This document shows positions 18,272 to 26,634 of a DNA stretch of 64,000 nucleotides, piece by piece. Made by a program: the position numbers and the translations under genes. Origin of the DNA: Polaromonas sp. Its GTDB lineage: Bacteria; Pseudomonadota; Gammaproteobacteria; Burkholderiales; Burkholderiaceae_C. Numbering within the stretch: position 1 is the stretch's first letter; each line of letters starts with the position of its first letter. The stretch covers positions 11,368-75,367 of the forward strand of contig JANOYR010000062.1 in the NCBI GenBank assembly GCA_031428975.1. Direction: 5' to 3'. Under the pieces are notes generated by a model. It saw nothing but the letters and a program-made list of their open reading frames with translations, ran no database searches and was not told where the DNA came from.

Positions 18272-19258
18272 ATGAACAACCGTCGAATATTTTTAGAAGC
18301 CGTCTCAGCTAGCACAATCGGCTTGGTAGCTATGCAATCAAGAGCGCAGCCTAAAAATATCGCATGGCCAAGTCAGCCTCTGCGCATCATCGTTCCGTTT
18401 GCTGCGGGCGGCACATCGGATGTGATCGCGCGGTTGATATCGAAGCCTTTGTCGGATGTGCTGGGAGTGAGCGTGGTGATTGATAACCGCACGGGTGCAG
18501 GTGGCAATGTGGGCGCTGCAGCCGTAGCCAATGCCACCGACCAGCATACCGTGCTGCTCTCTGATTTGGGCTCGATGGCGATCAGCCCACTGATCAGCAA
18601 AGACCTACCCTTTAAACCTGAAGACCTTCAAGGTGTCAGCATGCTGGCTTACTCGCCACATTTATTGGCGGTACATCCTTCGGTGCAAGCCAATACCCTC
18701 AAAGAGTTGGTGGCGTTGTCCCAGCGTGCGCCACTGAATGTGGCATCGTCTGGCTCGGGCACGCCCAACCATTTGGGGGTGGTCGATATTGCTTTGATCA
18801 CCGGACTTAAGTGGCAACATGTGCCCTATCGCGGAGGCGCACAGTCGCTCAACGACACCGTAGCGGGCACCACGCAGGTAGTGCTTAACGGCATGGTGGC
18901 AACTTTGCCGCAAGTGACCTCGGGCAGACTTAAAGTAATCGGCGTGTCCAAGCGCAGCCGCATGGCCTTGATAAGCCATGTGCCTACGCTAGCCGAACAA
19001 GGCGCAACCGGCTATGAGTCGGGCACTTACCAAGGCGTGTTGGCCGCCTTTAGCATGCCAAAAGCGGCGGTAGATCGCCTCAATTCTGCTCTCATTGCGG
19101 TAGTACGTGCCCCCGAAATACGCGCCCGACTCGTCGAGCTAGGCGCAGAGGTGATGACCTCTAGCCCCAGTGAAACGGGCGCATTTATTGCCACTGACAG
19201 AAAGCGCTGGGCGGGCGTGATTGATCGCGCAGGCAAACAAATTGAGGGTACTAAATAG
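18272..19258 (+). CDS. Bug-family (TctC-like) tripartite tricarboxylate transporter solute receptor
   Basis: 328-aa ORF. Signal peptide, then WPSQPLRIIVPFAAGGTSDVIAR, the canonical Bug N-terminal motif. Confidence 0.9.
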   Translation: MNNRRIFLEAVSASTIGLVAMQSRAQPKNIAWPSQPLRIIVPFAAGGTSDVIARLISKPLSDVLGVSVVIDNRTGAGGNVGAAAVANATDQHTVLLSDLGSMAISPLISKDLPFKPEDLQGVSMLAYSPHLLAVHPSVQANTLKELVALSQRAPLNVASSGSGTPNHLGVVDIALITGLKWQHVPYRGGAQSLNDTVAGTTQVVLNGMVATLPQVTSGRLKVIGVSKRSRMALISHVPTLAEQGATGYESGTYQGVLAAFSMPKAAVDRLNSALIAVVRAPEIRARLVELGAEVMTSSPSETGAFIATDRKRWAGVIDRAGKQIEGTK

Positions 19259-20313
19259 TGCCGTATTTTGGCATCAGCCAACTGGAGGTATTTGCACAAG
19301 CGCTGCTGAGTGCCGCAGGCATGGAATCTAGCAAAGCCCAGACCGTAGCACGCCTCTTGGTGCGTACCGATGCAATGGGTCGGCGCACCCACGGCTTGGC
19401 CATGGTACCGCTGTATTTGGCCGACATCGTCAAAGGCAGTATGCAATGCACAGGTGAGCCGGTGGTCGTCAAAGATAACGGGTTCAATGCCGTCTGGGAT
19501 GGCGGCTACTTGCCTGGTTTGTGGCTGGTGAACCAAGCCATTGAAACAGCTATCCCCCGCGCACAAGCGCATGGCATCGCCGTCATCGCCATACGCCGAA
19601 GCCACCATATTGGCTGCTTGGCGGCACTGGTTAAACAAGCGGCAGACCAAGGTTTGATCGCCATGATTGCCAACTCAGATCCTGCGGGGCAGCGCGTTGC
19701 CCCTTTTGGCGGTAAACAGGCGCTTCTCACACCTAACCCCATAGCTATGGGTTACCCCACCACGGGTAACCCCGTGCTTGTGGACATTTGTGCATCGATC
19801 ACTACCACCTCTATGACACGCCAAACCTATGCCGCAGGCAAGCAGTTTGCGCACCCTTGGTTACTCGATGCCCAAGGTGTGCCCACACGCGACCCCGCCG
19901 TGCTTGAGCACACGCAGCCGCGCGGCTCACTCCAGCTTATGGGCGGGCAGGAGTACGGCCACAAAGGCTTTGGCCTTTCGTTGATGATCGAGGCACTCTC
20001 ACAAGGCCTGTCAGGTCACGGCCGCCTAGATGTACCCAAAGGCTGGGGCGGCAATGTGTTTGTGCAAGTGATTGATCCCGAGTTGTTTGCTGGCGGCGAG
20101 GTTTTTGCCCAACAAATGGGGCATTTATCTGACCTGTGCCGCAGCAACCCAGCAATTGACCCGGAGCAACCTGTGCGTATGCCCGGCGACCAAGCGGCTG
20201 CGGGCCTTCGCAAAGCACTGCAAAATGGTATTGCGTTCGAAGCGCATGCATGGAATCCGCTGTGTGATTGGGCGAATAAGTTGAACGTTGCCGTTCCCTT
20301 GCCGCTGCAGTGA
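19258..20313 (+). CDS. Ldh_2-family (malate/L-lactate/ureidoglycolate dehydrogenase type 2) oxidoreductase
   Basis: 351-aa ORF. GTG start overlaps the Bug stop; an in-frame ATG 21 codons later is an alternative. RRSHHIGCL..GHKGFGLSLMIE motifs. Confidence 0.8.
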   Translation: MPYFGISQLEVFAQALLSAAGMESSKAQTVARLLVRTDAMGRRTHGLAMVPLYLADIVKGSMQCTGEPVVVKDNGFNAVWDGGYLPGLWLVNQAIETAIPRAQAHGIAVIAIRRSHHIGCLAALVKQAADQGLIAMIANSDPAGQRVAPFGGKQALLTPNPIAMGYPTTGNPVLVDICASITTTSMTRQTYAAGKQFAHPWLLDAQGVPTRDPAVLEHTQPRGSLQLMGGQEYGHKGFGLSLMIEALSQGLSGHGRLDVPKGWGGNVFVQVIDPELFAGGEVFAQQMGHLSDLCRSNPAIDPEQPVRMPGDQAAAGLRKALQNGIAFEAHAWNPLCDWANKLNVAVPLPLQ

Positions 20314-20384
20314 ACGCTACATGGGCATAGCGGCCAGCTGCTACAGCCCTGTGCGAGAATAAGACAAACCTAAAGGCTTTTCCC

Positions 20385-21122
20385 TTGCTTGCGCCCACAA
20401 CCCACCCAGTCCATGGCAATCCGCCACATGCAGATCGCCTGCGCTTGTCAGACAATGTGTATGACCAACTGCTGGGTGACATCATTGCCGCAAAAATCAG
20501 CGTGGGGGAACGTTTACCCGCCGAAACCCTACTGGCGCAGCGATTTGCAGTCTCTCGTCCAGTCGTCCGCGAAGCACTTTTGCGGCTGCAAAACGACGGT
20601 GTGGTGGTCTCGCGCCAAGGCTCTGGCAGTTATGTGCAGCGCAGCCCCTCGCCACGCGCAGGCGAGCTTACCCGACAGGTGAGCTTGCATGAAGCATTGC
20701 AAAGCTTTGAAATACGCCTGAATTTAGAAGAGTTGTCCGCGCGCTTAGCCGCACGACATCGCACCGACGCACAGCTCAAAGATATCATCGACAAAGCGCA
20801 GCACTTTGCGGCAGTATTTGGTCAAAGCGGCGCTGCCATGGAAGCAGATTATGCATTTCACCGCAGTATTGCCAGCGCCTCAGGGAATGTGCTTTTAGCG
20901 GAAACACTGGATCAGCTGTCTGACCGTTTCAAAAGCGGCATGCACATCACACTGAGCCTGACACGCGCCGCATCGGCAAGTCGCCGAGAACGCGTGCTCG
21001 ATGAACACGAGCGCATTGTGCGGGCTATACGCGTCAGCGATGCAGACAGCGCTGCTATTGCCATGCGCTACCATATCGACCAAGCACGCAACCGTTTACT
21101 TGACGGGCAATTAGACCGCTAG
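20385..21122 (+). CDS. GntR/FadR-family transcriptional regulator
   Basis: 245-aa ORF. ERLPAETLLAQRFAVSRPVVREALLRLQNDGVV HTH plus an FCD-like domain. The frame has no ATG before the HTH (TTG at 20385), so the exact start is uncertain. Confidence 0.8.
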   Translation: MLAPTTHPVHGNPPHADRLRLSDNVYDQLLGDIIAAKISVGERLPAETLLAQRFAVSRPVVREALLRLQNDGVVVSRQGSGSYVQRSPSPRAGELTRQVSLHEALQSFEIRLNLEELSARLAARHRTDAQLKDIIDKAQHFAAVFGQSGAAMEADYAFHRSIASASGNVLLAETLDQLSDRFKSGMHITLSLTRAASASRRERVLDEHERIVRAIRVSDADSAAIAMRYHIDQARNRLLDGQLDR

Positions 21123-21161
21123 GTGAGCGTATCGCAGGTGCTCGAATTTTTCGCCTTCAAC

Positions 21162-21181
21162 TTGTCAAACAAATTTGACAA
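21162..21181. promoter_or_regulatory. FadR-type operator: TTGTCAAA-caaa-TTTGACAA (contains TTGTCAAACAA)
   Basis: A perfect 8-bp inverted repeat with a 4-nt spacer. TTGTCAAACAA fits TnGTnnnACnA exactly. It is downstream of the GntR gene and upstream of the lactonase gene. Confidence 0.5.
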
Positions 21182-21220
21182 ATTTTAGGAATTTGTTTTA
21201 CAAATTATTGATTTATGCTA

Positions 21221-21237
21221 AACTTGTCAAACAAGTT
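21221..21237. promoter_or_regulatory. FadR-type operator: AACTTGT-CAA-ACAAGTT (second TTGTCAAACAA box)
   Basis: A perfect 7-3-7 palindrome holding the same 11-mer, TTGTCAAACAA. It lies 38 nt upstream of the ATG at 21275. Confidence 0.5.
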
Positions 21238-21274
21238 GAAATTTATCAACTTGAAAAATCGAAAGAGACTTGAC

Positions 21275-22393
21275 ATGACACCCTCCCAGCCCTCCAGCTC
21301 TCGCCGCACCCTTTTACGCTCAGCCGCTGCCACTGGCTTTAGCGCTATGGCTTACTCCGTAGGTGCGCAATCCTTTGATTTCAAACCCAATCAGCGCTAC
21401 CCTGATCCATCGGTTTTCATCCTAGACCCGAGCTTTGCCAAATACCGCTTTTATAGCAGCACAGTGGAGCAACTTGGCTCTGGTATGCGCTGGGCCGAGG
21501 GTCCCGCGTATTTTCCTGGTGAAGCGGGTAAGGCCGGGTATTTGCTGTGCAGCGACATTCCCAACAACCGCTTGATGAAATTTGACGAGGGCACTAATAA
21601 GCTCACGGTCCACAAAGACAATGTCAACTATGCCAACGGCAATACCCGCGACCGCCAAGGTCGTCTGATCTCGTGCGAGCACTCGATCACCCGACGCGTG
21701 GTGCGCACCGAAAAAGACGGCAAAATGACGGTTCTGGCAGACAGCTTTGAAGGCAAACGCCTCAATGCGCCCAACGACATTGTGGTCAAATCGGACGAGA
21801 GTATCTGGTTTACCGACCCCTTGTTTGGCATCAATGGTGAATGGGAGGGCAGCCGCGCCAAGCCCGAGCAGGCCACCACTAATGTTTACCGAATTGACAA
21901 AGGCGGCAAAATCACCGCAGTGATTACCGACATTTTCAACCCCAATGGACTGGCGTTCTCACCTGACGAGAAAAAGCTTTATGTCGTGGAATGGAAGGGG
22001 ACGCCCAACCGCAGTATCTGGAGCTTTGATGTGGCAGCTGACGGTAGCTGCGCCAACAAAGTAAAACTGATTGATGCGGACGGTCCAGGCGCATTCGACG
22101 GTTTTCGCGTTGACCGCGATGGCAACCTGTGGTGCGGCTGGGGCTACAACGGCTCATTTCAACCAACTGCCACCGATATTGGTGGTGGCATGAAAGCCCA
22201 CCTGCAAAACGCAAAAACCGAAGACTACGATGGCGTGAAGGTCTTCAATGCGACGGGTAAACCCATTGGCTTTATCCGCCTGCCAGAGCGCTGCTCCAAT
22301 CTTGAGTTTGGTGGCTCCAAACGCAACCGCCTGTACATGACCAGTTCGCATTCGCTGTACGCCTTGTACGTCGAATCGCATGGCGCAGTGTAG
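21275..22393 (+). CDS. SMP-30/gluconolactonase/LRE-family lactonase with twin-arginine signal peptide
   Basis: I prefer the ATG at 21275, because the ATG at 21215 would start inside the operator palindrome. MTPSQPSSSRRTLLRSAAATGFSAMAYSVGA is Tat-like. It also has the WAEGPAY, NDIVV and PNGLAFSPDE motifs. Confidence 0.82.
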   Translation: MTPSQPSSSRRTLLRSAAATGFSAMAYSVGAQSFDFKPNQRYPDPSVFILDPSFAKYRFYSSTVEQLGSGMRWAEGPAYFPGEAGKAGYLLCSDIPNNRLMKFDEGTNKLTVHKDNVNYANGNTRDRQGRLISCEHSITRRVVRTEKDGKMTVLADSFEGKRLNAPNDIVVKSDESIWFTDPLFGINGEWEGSRAKPEQATTNVYRIDKGGKITAVITDIFNPNGLAFSPDEKKLYVVEWKGTPNRSIWSFDVAADGSCANKVKLIDADGPGAFDGFRVDRDGNLWCGWGYNGSFQPTATDIGGGMKAHLQNAKTEDYDGVKVFNATGKPIGFIRLPERCSNLEFGGSKRNRLYMTSSHSLYALYVESHGAV

Positions 22394-22405
22394 GACAAGG
22401 ATCCC

Positions 22406-23878
22406 ATGGCCTATTTACAGTCTTATTTAGCCCGTACAGGTGAGGCACTTGGTGCCCCGCTTTTAGCTAGCAGCGCCGACTTTGTCAAAGCAAGCGTGTT
22501 AGCAGCCGAATCGGCGTTTTCATGCTGGCAGAACAGCAGCGGACTAGTGCGCGCGGTTTTGCTGCGTGGCTTGGCCAGTGCGCTAGAGCAAGACCGAACT
22601 GGCCTAGTCGAATTGGCTGACCTAGAAACTGCGCTGGGCGCAACGCGGCTCAACGGAGAGCTCGACCGCACGGCGTTTCAACTGCGCAGATTTGCCGACT
22701 TGGCCGAGCATGGCGCTGCGTTTGATGTGCTGAGCGAGCCTGCTGTTGCAGGTGCGCCCCCTGTGGGTCACCCTGCCATGGTGCGCCTGTGGATGCCACT
22801 AGGGCCCGTGGCCATGTTTTCTGCCAGCAATTTCCCTTTTGCTTTCTCTGTGCTGGGCGGAGACACCGCTTCTGCTCTAGCCGCAGGTTGCAGTGTGGTG
22901 GTGAAGGCGCATTCTGCCCACCTGCTTTTATCGATCCGCGTCTTTGCACTGGCACAAGAAGTACTACGCGTCCAAGAGCTGCCCGCTGGTCTGCTAGGCA
23001 TGGTGCAAGGCAGTGGTGCAGATGTGGGAGTGCGGCTGCTGGCGCACCCTGCAATAGCTGCTGGGGCTTTCACTGGGTCTACGCGGGGTGGCGCCGCCCT
23101 GCAAGCCGTAGCCAATGCGCGGCCACGTCCTATTCCGTTTTATGGTGAGTTGGGGTCAATTAACCCTTTGGTCGCCTTGCCATCTATCTTGGCGGCCAAA
23201 GGGGCTGAGTTAGCCACTGTGCTGGCAGGCTCAATGTGCGCTGGATGCGGCCAATTTTGCACCAGCCCAGGCTTAATCGTGTTGATGCAAGACCCGGCCA
23301 GCGGTGCATTTGTGGAACACCTCAGCCGTGCTTTGGCCGCACAGGCTCCGCATGCCATGCTGACCGCTGGCATGCGCACCGCTTTTGATGCAGGCACTGC
23401 CCATATGCTAGAGCAAGGCGCTGTAGCACTGTTGCACGAGGCAGGAAGCCAAGAGGCGCCCAAGCCCTTTTTAGCGCAGGTGGGTGCACAGCAGTTCATA
23501 GCCCAACCTGCGCTGCGTGAGGAAGTATTTGGTCCGGCAGCCTTGGTCGTGTGGGCTAGCGGCCTCCAAGAGGTGCTAGAAGTACTCAACGCAGTAGGCG
23601 GTAGCCTCACGGTCACGCTATGGGGCGCTGACCAAGACACCGCCGACACCCGGGCACTGGTGCGCGGTGCGATGTCGATTGCTGGACGCGTGCTATTTGC
23701 TGGCGTGCCTACTGGCGTAGCAGTCACTGCGGCTCAGCAGCACGGTGGCCCATGGCCAGCATCTACCCAGCCCATGACCACATCGGTGGGCAACGCTGCA
23801 CTAGAGCGCTTTTTACGCCCAGTCGCCCTTCAAGATGCGCCCGATTGGCTATTGGCACGTAGCGGCCAGCCCTGCTAA
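22406..23878 (+). CDS. NAD(P)-dependent aldehyde dehydrogenase, alpha-ketoglutarate-semialdehyde dehydrogenase-like
   Basis: 490-aa ORF. SNFPFAFS..VVVKAHSAH..FTGSTRGG..ELGSINP..CGQFCTSPG match the KGSADH branch of the ALDH superfamily. Confidence 0.82.
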   Translation: MAYLQSYLARTGEALGAPLLASSADFVKASVLAAESAFSCWQNSSGLVRAVLLRGLASALEQDRTGLVELADLETALGATRLNGELDRTAFQLRRFADLAEHGAAFDVLSEPAVAGAPPVGHPAMVRLWMPLGPVAMFSASNFPFAFSVLGGDTASALAAGCSVVVKAHSAHLLLSIRVFALAQEVLRVQELPAGLLGMVQGSGADVGVRLLAHPAIAAGAFTGSTRGGAALQAVANARPRPIPFYGELGSINPLVALPSILAAKGAELATVLAGSMCAGCGQFCTSPGLIVLMQDPASGAFVEHLSRALAAQAPHAMLTAGMRTAFDAGTAHMLEQGAVALLHEAGSQEAPKPFLAQVGAQQFIAQPALREEVFGPAALVVWASGLQEVLEVLNAVGGSLTVTLWGADQDTADTRALVRGAMSIAGRVLFAGVPTGVAVTAAQQHGGPWPASTQPMTTSVGNAALERFLRPVALQDAPDWLLARSGQPC

Positions 23879-23913
23879 GATTTAACAACACCGATCACTA
23901 CTACAAGGAAACC

Positions 23914-24642
23914 ATGGCACTGAACCCGATTACCCGCGACAAGCTCAAAACCGTCAGCACCGCCACCCTGTGCACCGCACTGTTCAAGCGCGGGCTGCGC
24001 AACCAATTCATTCAAGACGTGCGGCCAGTGAACACCGACCTGACGGCCAAGCAACCCAATATGGTGGGCGAGGCTTTTACGCTGCGCTATATTCCCGCGC
24101 GTGAGGATTTGAACCCGATTGCCGTTTTTCAAGACCGCAGCCACCCCCAGCGCGTGGCCGTGGAGCAGTGCCCCCCGGGTGCGGTGATGGTGTTTGACAG
24201 CCGCAAAGACGCGCGTGCCGCCTCGGCGGGCTCTATATTGATCTCGCGCTTGATGGTGCGCGGCTGCGCGGGCGTGGTGACCGATGGTGGCTTTCGTGAT
24301 TCGCCCGAAATAGCGGCCATGCCCTTCCCCGCCTACCATGCGCGGCCCTCTGCCCCCACCAACCTCACGCTGCACCAAGCGCTGGACATCAATGTACCCA
24401 TTGGCTGTGGTGACGTAGCAGTGTGGCCCGGCGACGTGGTGGTGGGCGACAAAGAAGGTGTATTCATTATTCCCGCGCACGTAGCCGACGAGATTGCCGC
24501 TGAGGCGGTGGAGATGACGGCATTTGAAGACTTTGTGCTTGAAAAAGTATTAGAAGGGCGCGGCATTTTGGGGCTTTATCCCCCCACCGAGCAGCAATCC
24601 AAAGACGATTTTGCAGCTTGGCGCATAGCCAAAGGACGTTGA
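23914..24642 (+). CDS. RraA-like protein (HMG/CHA pyruvate-aldolase family)
   Basis: 242-aa ORF. RBS aaggaaacc. STATLCTALFKRG..GAVMVFD..VVTDGGFRD..GDVVVGDKEGV are typical of the long RraA/aldolase family. Confidence 0.75.
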   Translation: MALNPITRDKLKTVSTATLCTALFKRGLRNQFIQDVRPVNTDLTAKQPNMVGEAFTLRYIPAREDLNPIAVFQDRSHPQRVAVEQCPPGAVMVFDSRKDARAASAGSILISRLMVRGCAGVVTDGGFRDSPEIAAMPFPAYHARPSAPTNLTLHQALDINVPIGCGDVAVWPGDVVVGDKEGVFIIPAHVADEIAAEAVEMTAFEDFVLEKVLEGRGILGLYPPTEQQSKDDFAAWRIAKGR

Positions 24643-24705
24643 TGGCGGCAGCCGCCAAGTTCAATGCATGTTCCATCGAATTTTTTAACATTTAAGAGTA
24701 TTTTT

Positions 24706-25728
24706 ATGAAAAAATTAGCCAATGTCACCGCCATACTGTCATATACTGCTATATTAAGCATAGCGCCTAGTATAGTTTTTGCGCAATCCGATTACCCTAG
24801 CAAAGCGGTCAAAATCATTGTGCCATTTCCAGCGGGCGGCACCAGCGACGTGATGGCACGCATGGTGGCTGATGCGCTGACCAAGCAGCTCAAACAACCC
24901 TTTGTCGTTGAAAACGTAGGCGGCGCAGGAGGCACCATTGGCACCGAGCGCGGCGCTAAAGCCACGCCCGATGGCTACACCATCATCCAAACCGGTGTGG
25001 GCCAAAGTGCAGTAGCGCATGGGTTAGACCCCAACCTGAAATACAACTCAGTCACCGATTTTGTGCACCTGAGCCAAATCAATTCAGGGCCTAATGTCTT
25101 GGTGGTACACCCTGACCAACCATTTAAAACCCTCAAAGAACTGGTGGACTACGGCAAAGCCAACCCCGGCAAGCTCAACTACGGCTATACCCATGCCGCC
25201 TCTGGCCACATGGCCATGGAGTTGCTCAAGCAAACCGTGAGCACCTGCGTGACGGGAGCCAAAGGCGTGAAAGATTGCAAAGGCCTATATATGGTGGGTA
25301 TCCCTTATCGCGGCGGCGGCCCGATGATGACCGACATCTTGGGTGGCCAAATCCCCTTAATGTTCATCAACCAAGACACCGCCCTGCCCCATGTACGCGC
25401 TGGCAAACTGCGCCCTTTGGCGGTAACCAGCTTGCAGCGCAATGCCTTGTACCCCGATGTACCCACCATCAGCGAATCGGGCTACCCTGGGTTCTCTGCC
25501 GTGAGCTGGTCTGGATTGTCAGTGCCCAAGGGAACTCCTAAAGCCATAGCAGACAAGCTAGAAGCAGAAATCGCCACAGCCATGCAAAGCCCAGCCATTA
25601 AGCAGCGCATGGACTCCATCGGTTTTGTCATTGCACCCCAAGGTTCTGTGGCCTACAGCGCCTTTGTGAAGTCTGAGATGGAGCGCTGGACTCAGGTGAT
25701 CAAGACGGCTGGGATTAAGGCGCAGTGA
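24706..25728 (+). CDS. Bug-family (TctC-like) solute receptor
   Basis: ATG at 24706. Signal peptide MKKLANVTAILSYTAILSIAPSIVFA, then YPSKAVKIIVPFPAGGTSDVMAR. The signal-peptide codons coincide with repeat copy H. Confidence 0.9.
   Translation: MKKLANVTAILSYTAILSIAPSIVFAQSDYPSKAVKIIVPFPAGGTSDVMARMVADALTKQLKQPFVVENVGGAGGTIGTERGAKATPDGYTIIQTGVGQSAVAHGLDPNLKYNSVTDFVHLSQINSGPNVLVVHPDQPFKTLKELVDYGKANPGKLNYGYTHAASGHMAMELLKQTVSTCVTGAKGVKDCKGLYMVGIPYRGGGPMMTDILGGQIPLMFINQDTALPHVRAGKLRPLAVTSLQRNALYPDVPTISESGYPGFSAVSWSGLSVPKGTPKAIADKLEAEIATAMQSPAIKQRMDSIGFVIAPQGSVAYSAFVKSEMERWTQVIKTAGIKAQ
24715..24752 (-). repeat. 38-nt repeat family, copy H (degenerate, inside the Bug signal-peptide codons, antisense to the gene)
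   Basis: Minus strand reads ATAGCAGTATATGACAGTATGGCGGTGACATTGGCTAA, 31/38 identical to copy B. Confidence 0.75.
25681..25728 (+). repeat. 48-nt direct repeat, left copy (last 15 codons plus stop of the intact Bug gene)
   Basis: gagcgctggactcaggtgatcaagacggctgggattaaggcgcagtga matches 39776-39823 at 44 of 48 positions. Confidence 0.9.
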
Positions 25729-25740
25729 AACCGCAAATGC

Positions 25741-26508
25741 TCAAACTTTTGACCAGACGCTGATACCGTCTAGCAGCAGCGCCAATCCTTCCTCAAACGC
25801 TGCGATTGCGCTTAACTGCGCGAAGGCGTCTGCAACATAGTGCACAGCAGGAAACAAATCGACTGGCGTTTCTAGTAGTTTTGTCCGAATAAAGGCTGCG
25901 TGGTCTGACGGTAGCTGGTGACGGGCTTGCGCAGCGCTGCTAGAAACCACATGCTGCATTAGCAAGTGGTATGCCATGGCGACGCGTTCAGGCGATAGCC
26001 CTGTACTCTGCAAAAGCCGTGCCATTTGCTCAAATAGGGCAAGGCTGTAATTGATTTCCCCCTCGGCAACGATCTGGAAAAGGCGAAATCTGTTGTGCTC
26101 GACCAAATACGTTGCTACACCGCTGTAGCGCTGATTGAGTGCAAAAATCGTGCGTGACATGGCTTCGATTTGCGTGCGCCAGTCGCCGTTGGGCACGCCT
26201 AGCTGCTCAGCCCTAGCCTTGGCAAATAAATTGACCACACCAGAGATCAAACTGTCGCGGTCTTTGATGTAGTAATAAATCAATGCAGGCGTGACCTTTA
26301 AGTCATTGGCAAGCACGCTAAATGAGAGATCGGCGAGTGAATAAACGCGCGTCAGGTCAAACGCATGCTCCAAAATCGAAAGCCTAGAAAGGCTCTGCTG
26401 GGCACTGCCCACACCTACTTGCATCAAGATGCGTCCGCTTGTGGGGCGCCCAGGGCGGCGCACGGAGGATGTGGGGCTTATACCAGCCTTGGGTTTTGCA
26501 GATTTCAT
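25741..26508 (-). CDS. TetR-family transcriptional regulator
   Basis: ATG at 26508; the ORF-track start at 26520 is a GTG. N-terminal HTH region (ILEHAFDLTRVYSLADLSFSVLANDLKVTPALIYYYIKDRDSLI). Confidence 0.85.
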   Translation of the reverse strand: MKSAKPKAGISPTSSVRRPGRPTSGRILMQVGVGSAQQSLSRLSILEHAFDLTRVYSLADLSFSVLANDLKVTPALIYYYIKDRDSLISGVVNLFAKARAEQLGVPNGDWRTQIEAMSRTIFALNQRYSGVATYLVEHNRFRLFQIVAEGEINYSLALFEQMARLLQSTGLSPERVAMAYHLLMQHVVSSSAAQARHQLPSDHAAFIRTKLLETPVDLFPAVHYVADAFAQLSAIAAFEEGLALLLDGISVWSKV

Positions 26509-26634
26509 TTGATTTATCACAACAGTATTTTACAGTTACAGAAGACTTATTAACTATCCATTAATTTGTAATTGACAATCTCAAGAAAGGATGGCAATAT
26601 CGATATTAATTCTAAATTAATTAAATAGCATGCT

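Noticed and set aside
24643-24662. GGCGG-cag-CCGCC hairpin after the RraA-like gene as a terminator.
   Set aside because: The stem is only 5 bp with a 3-nt loop and no following T-tract. The next gene starts 45 nt later and is probably co-transcribed.
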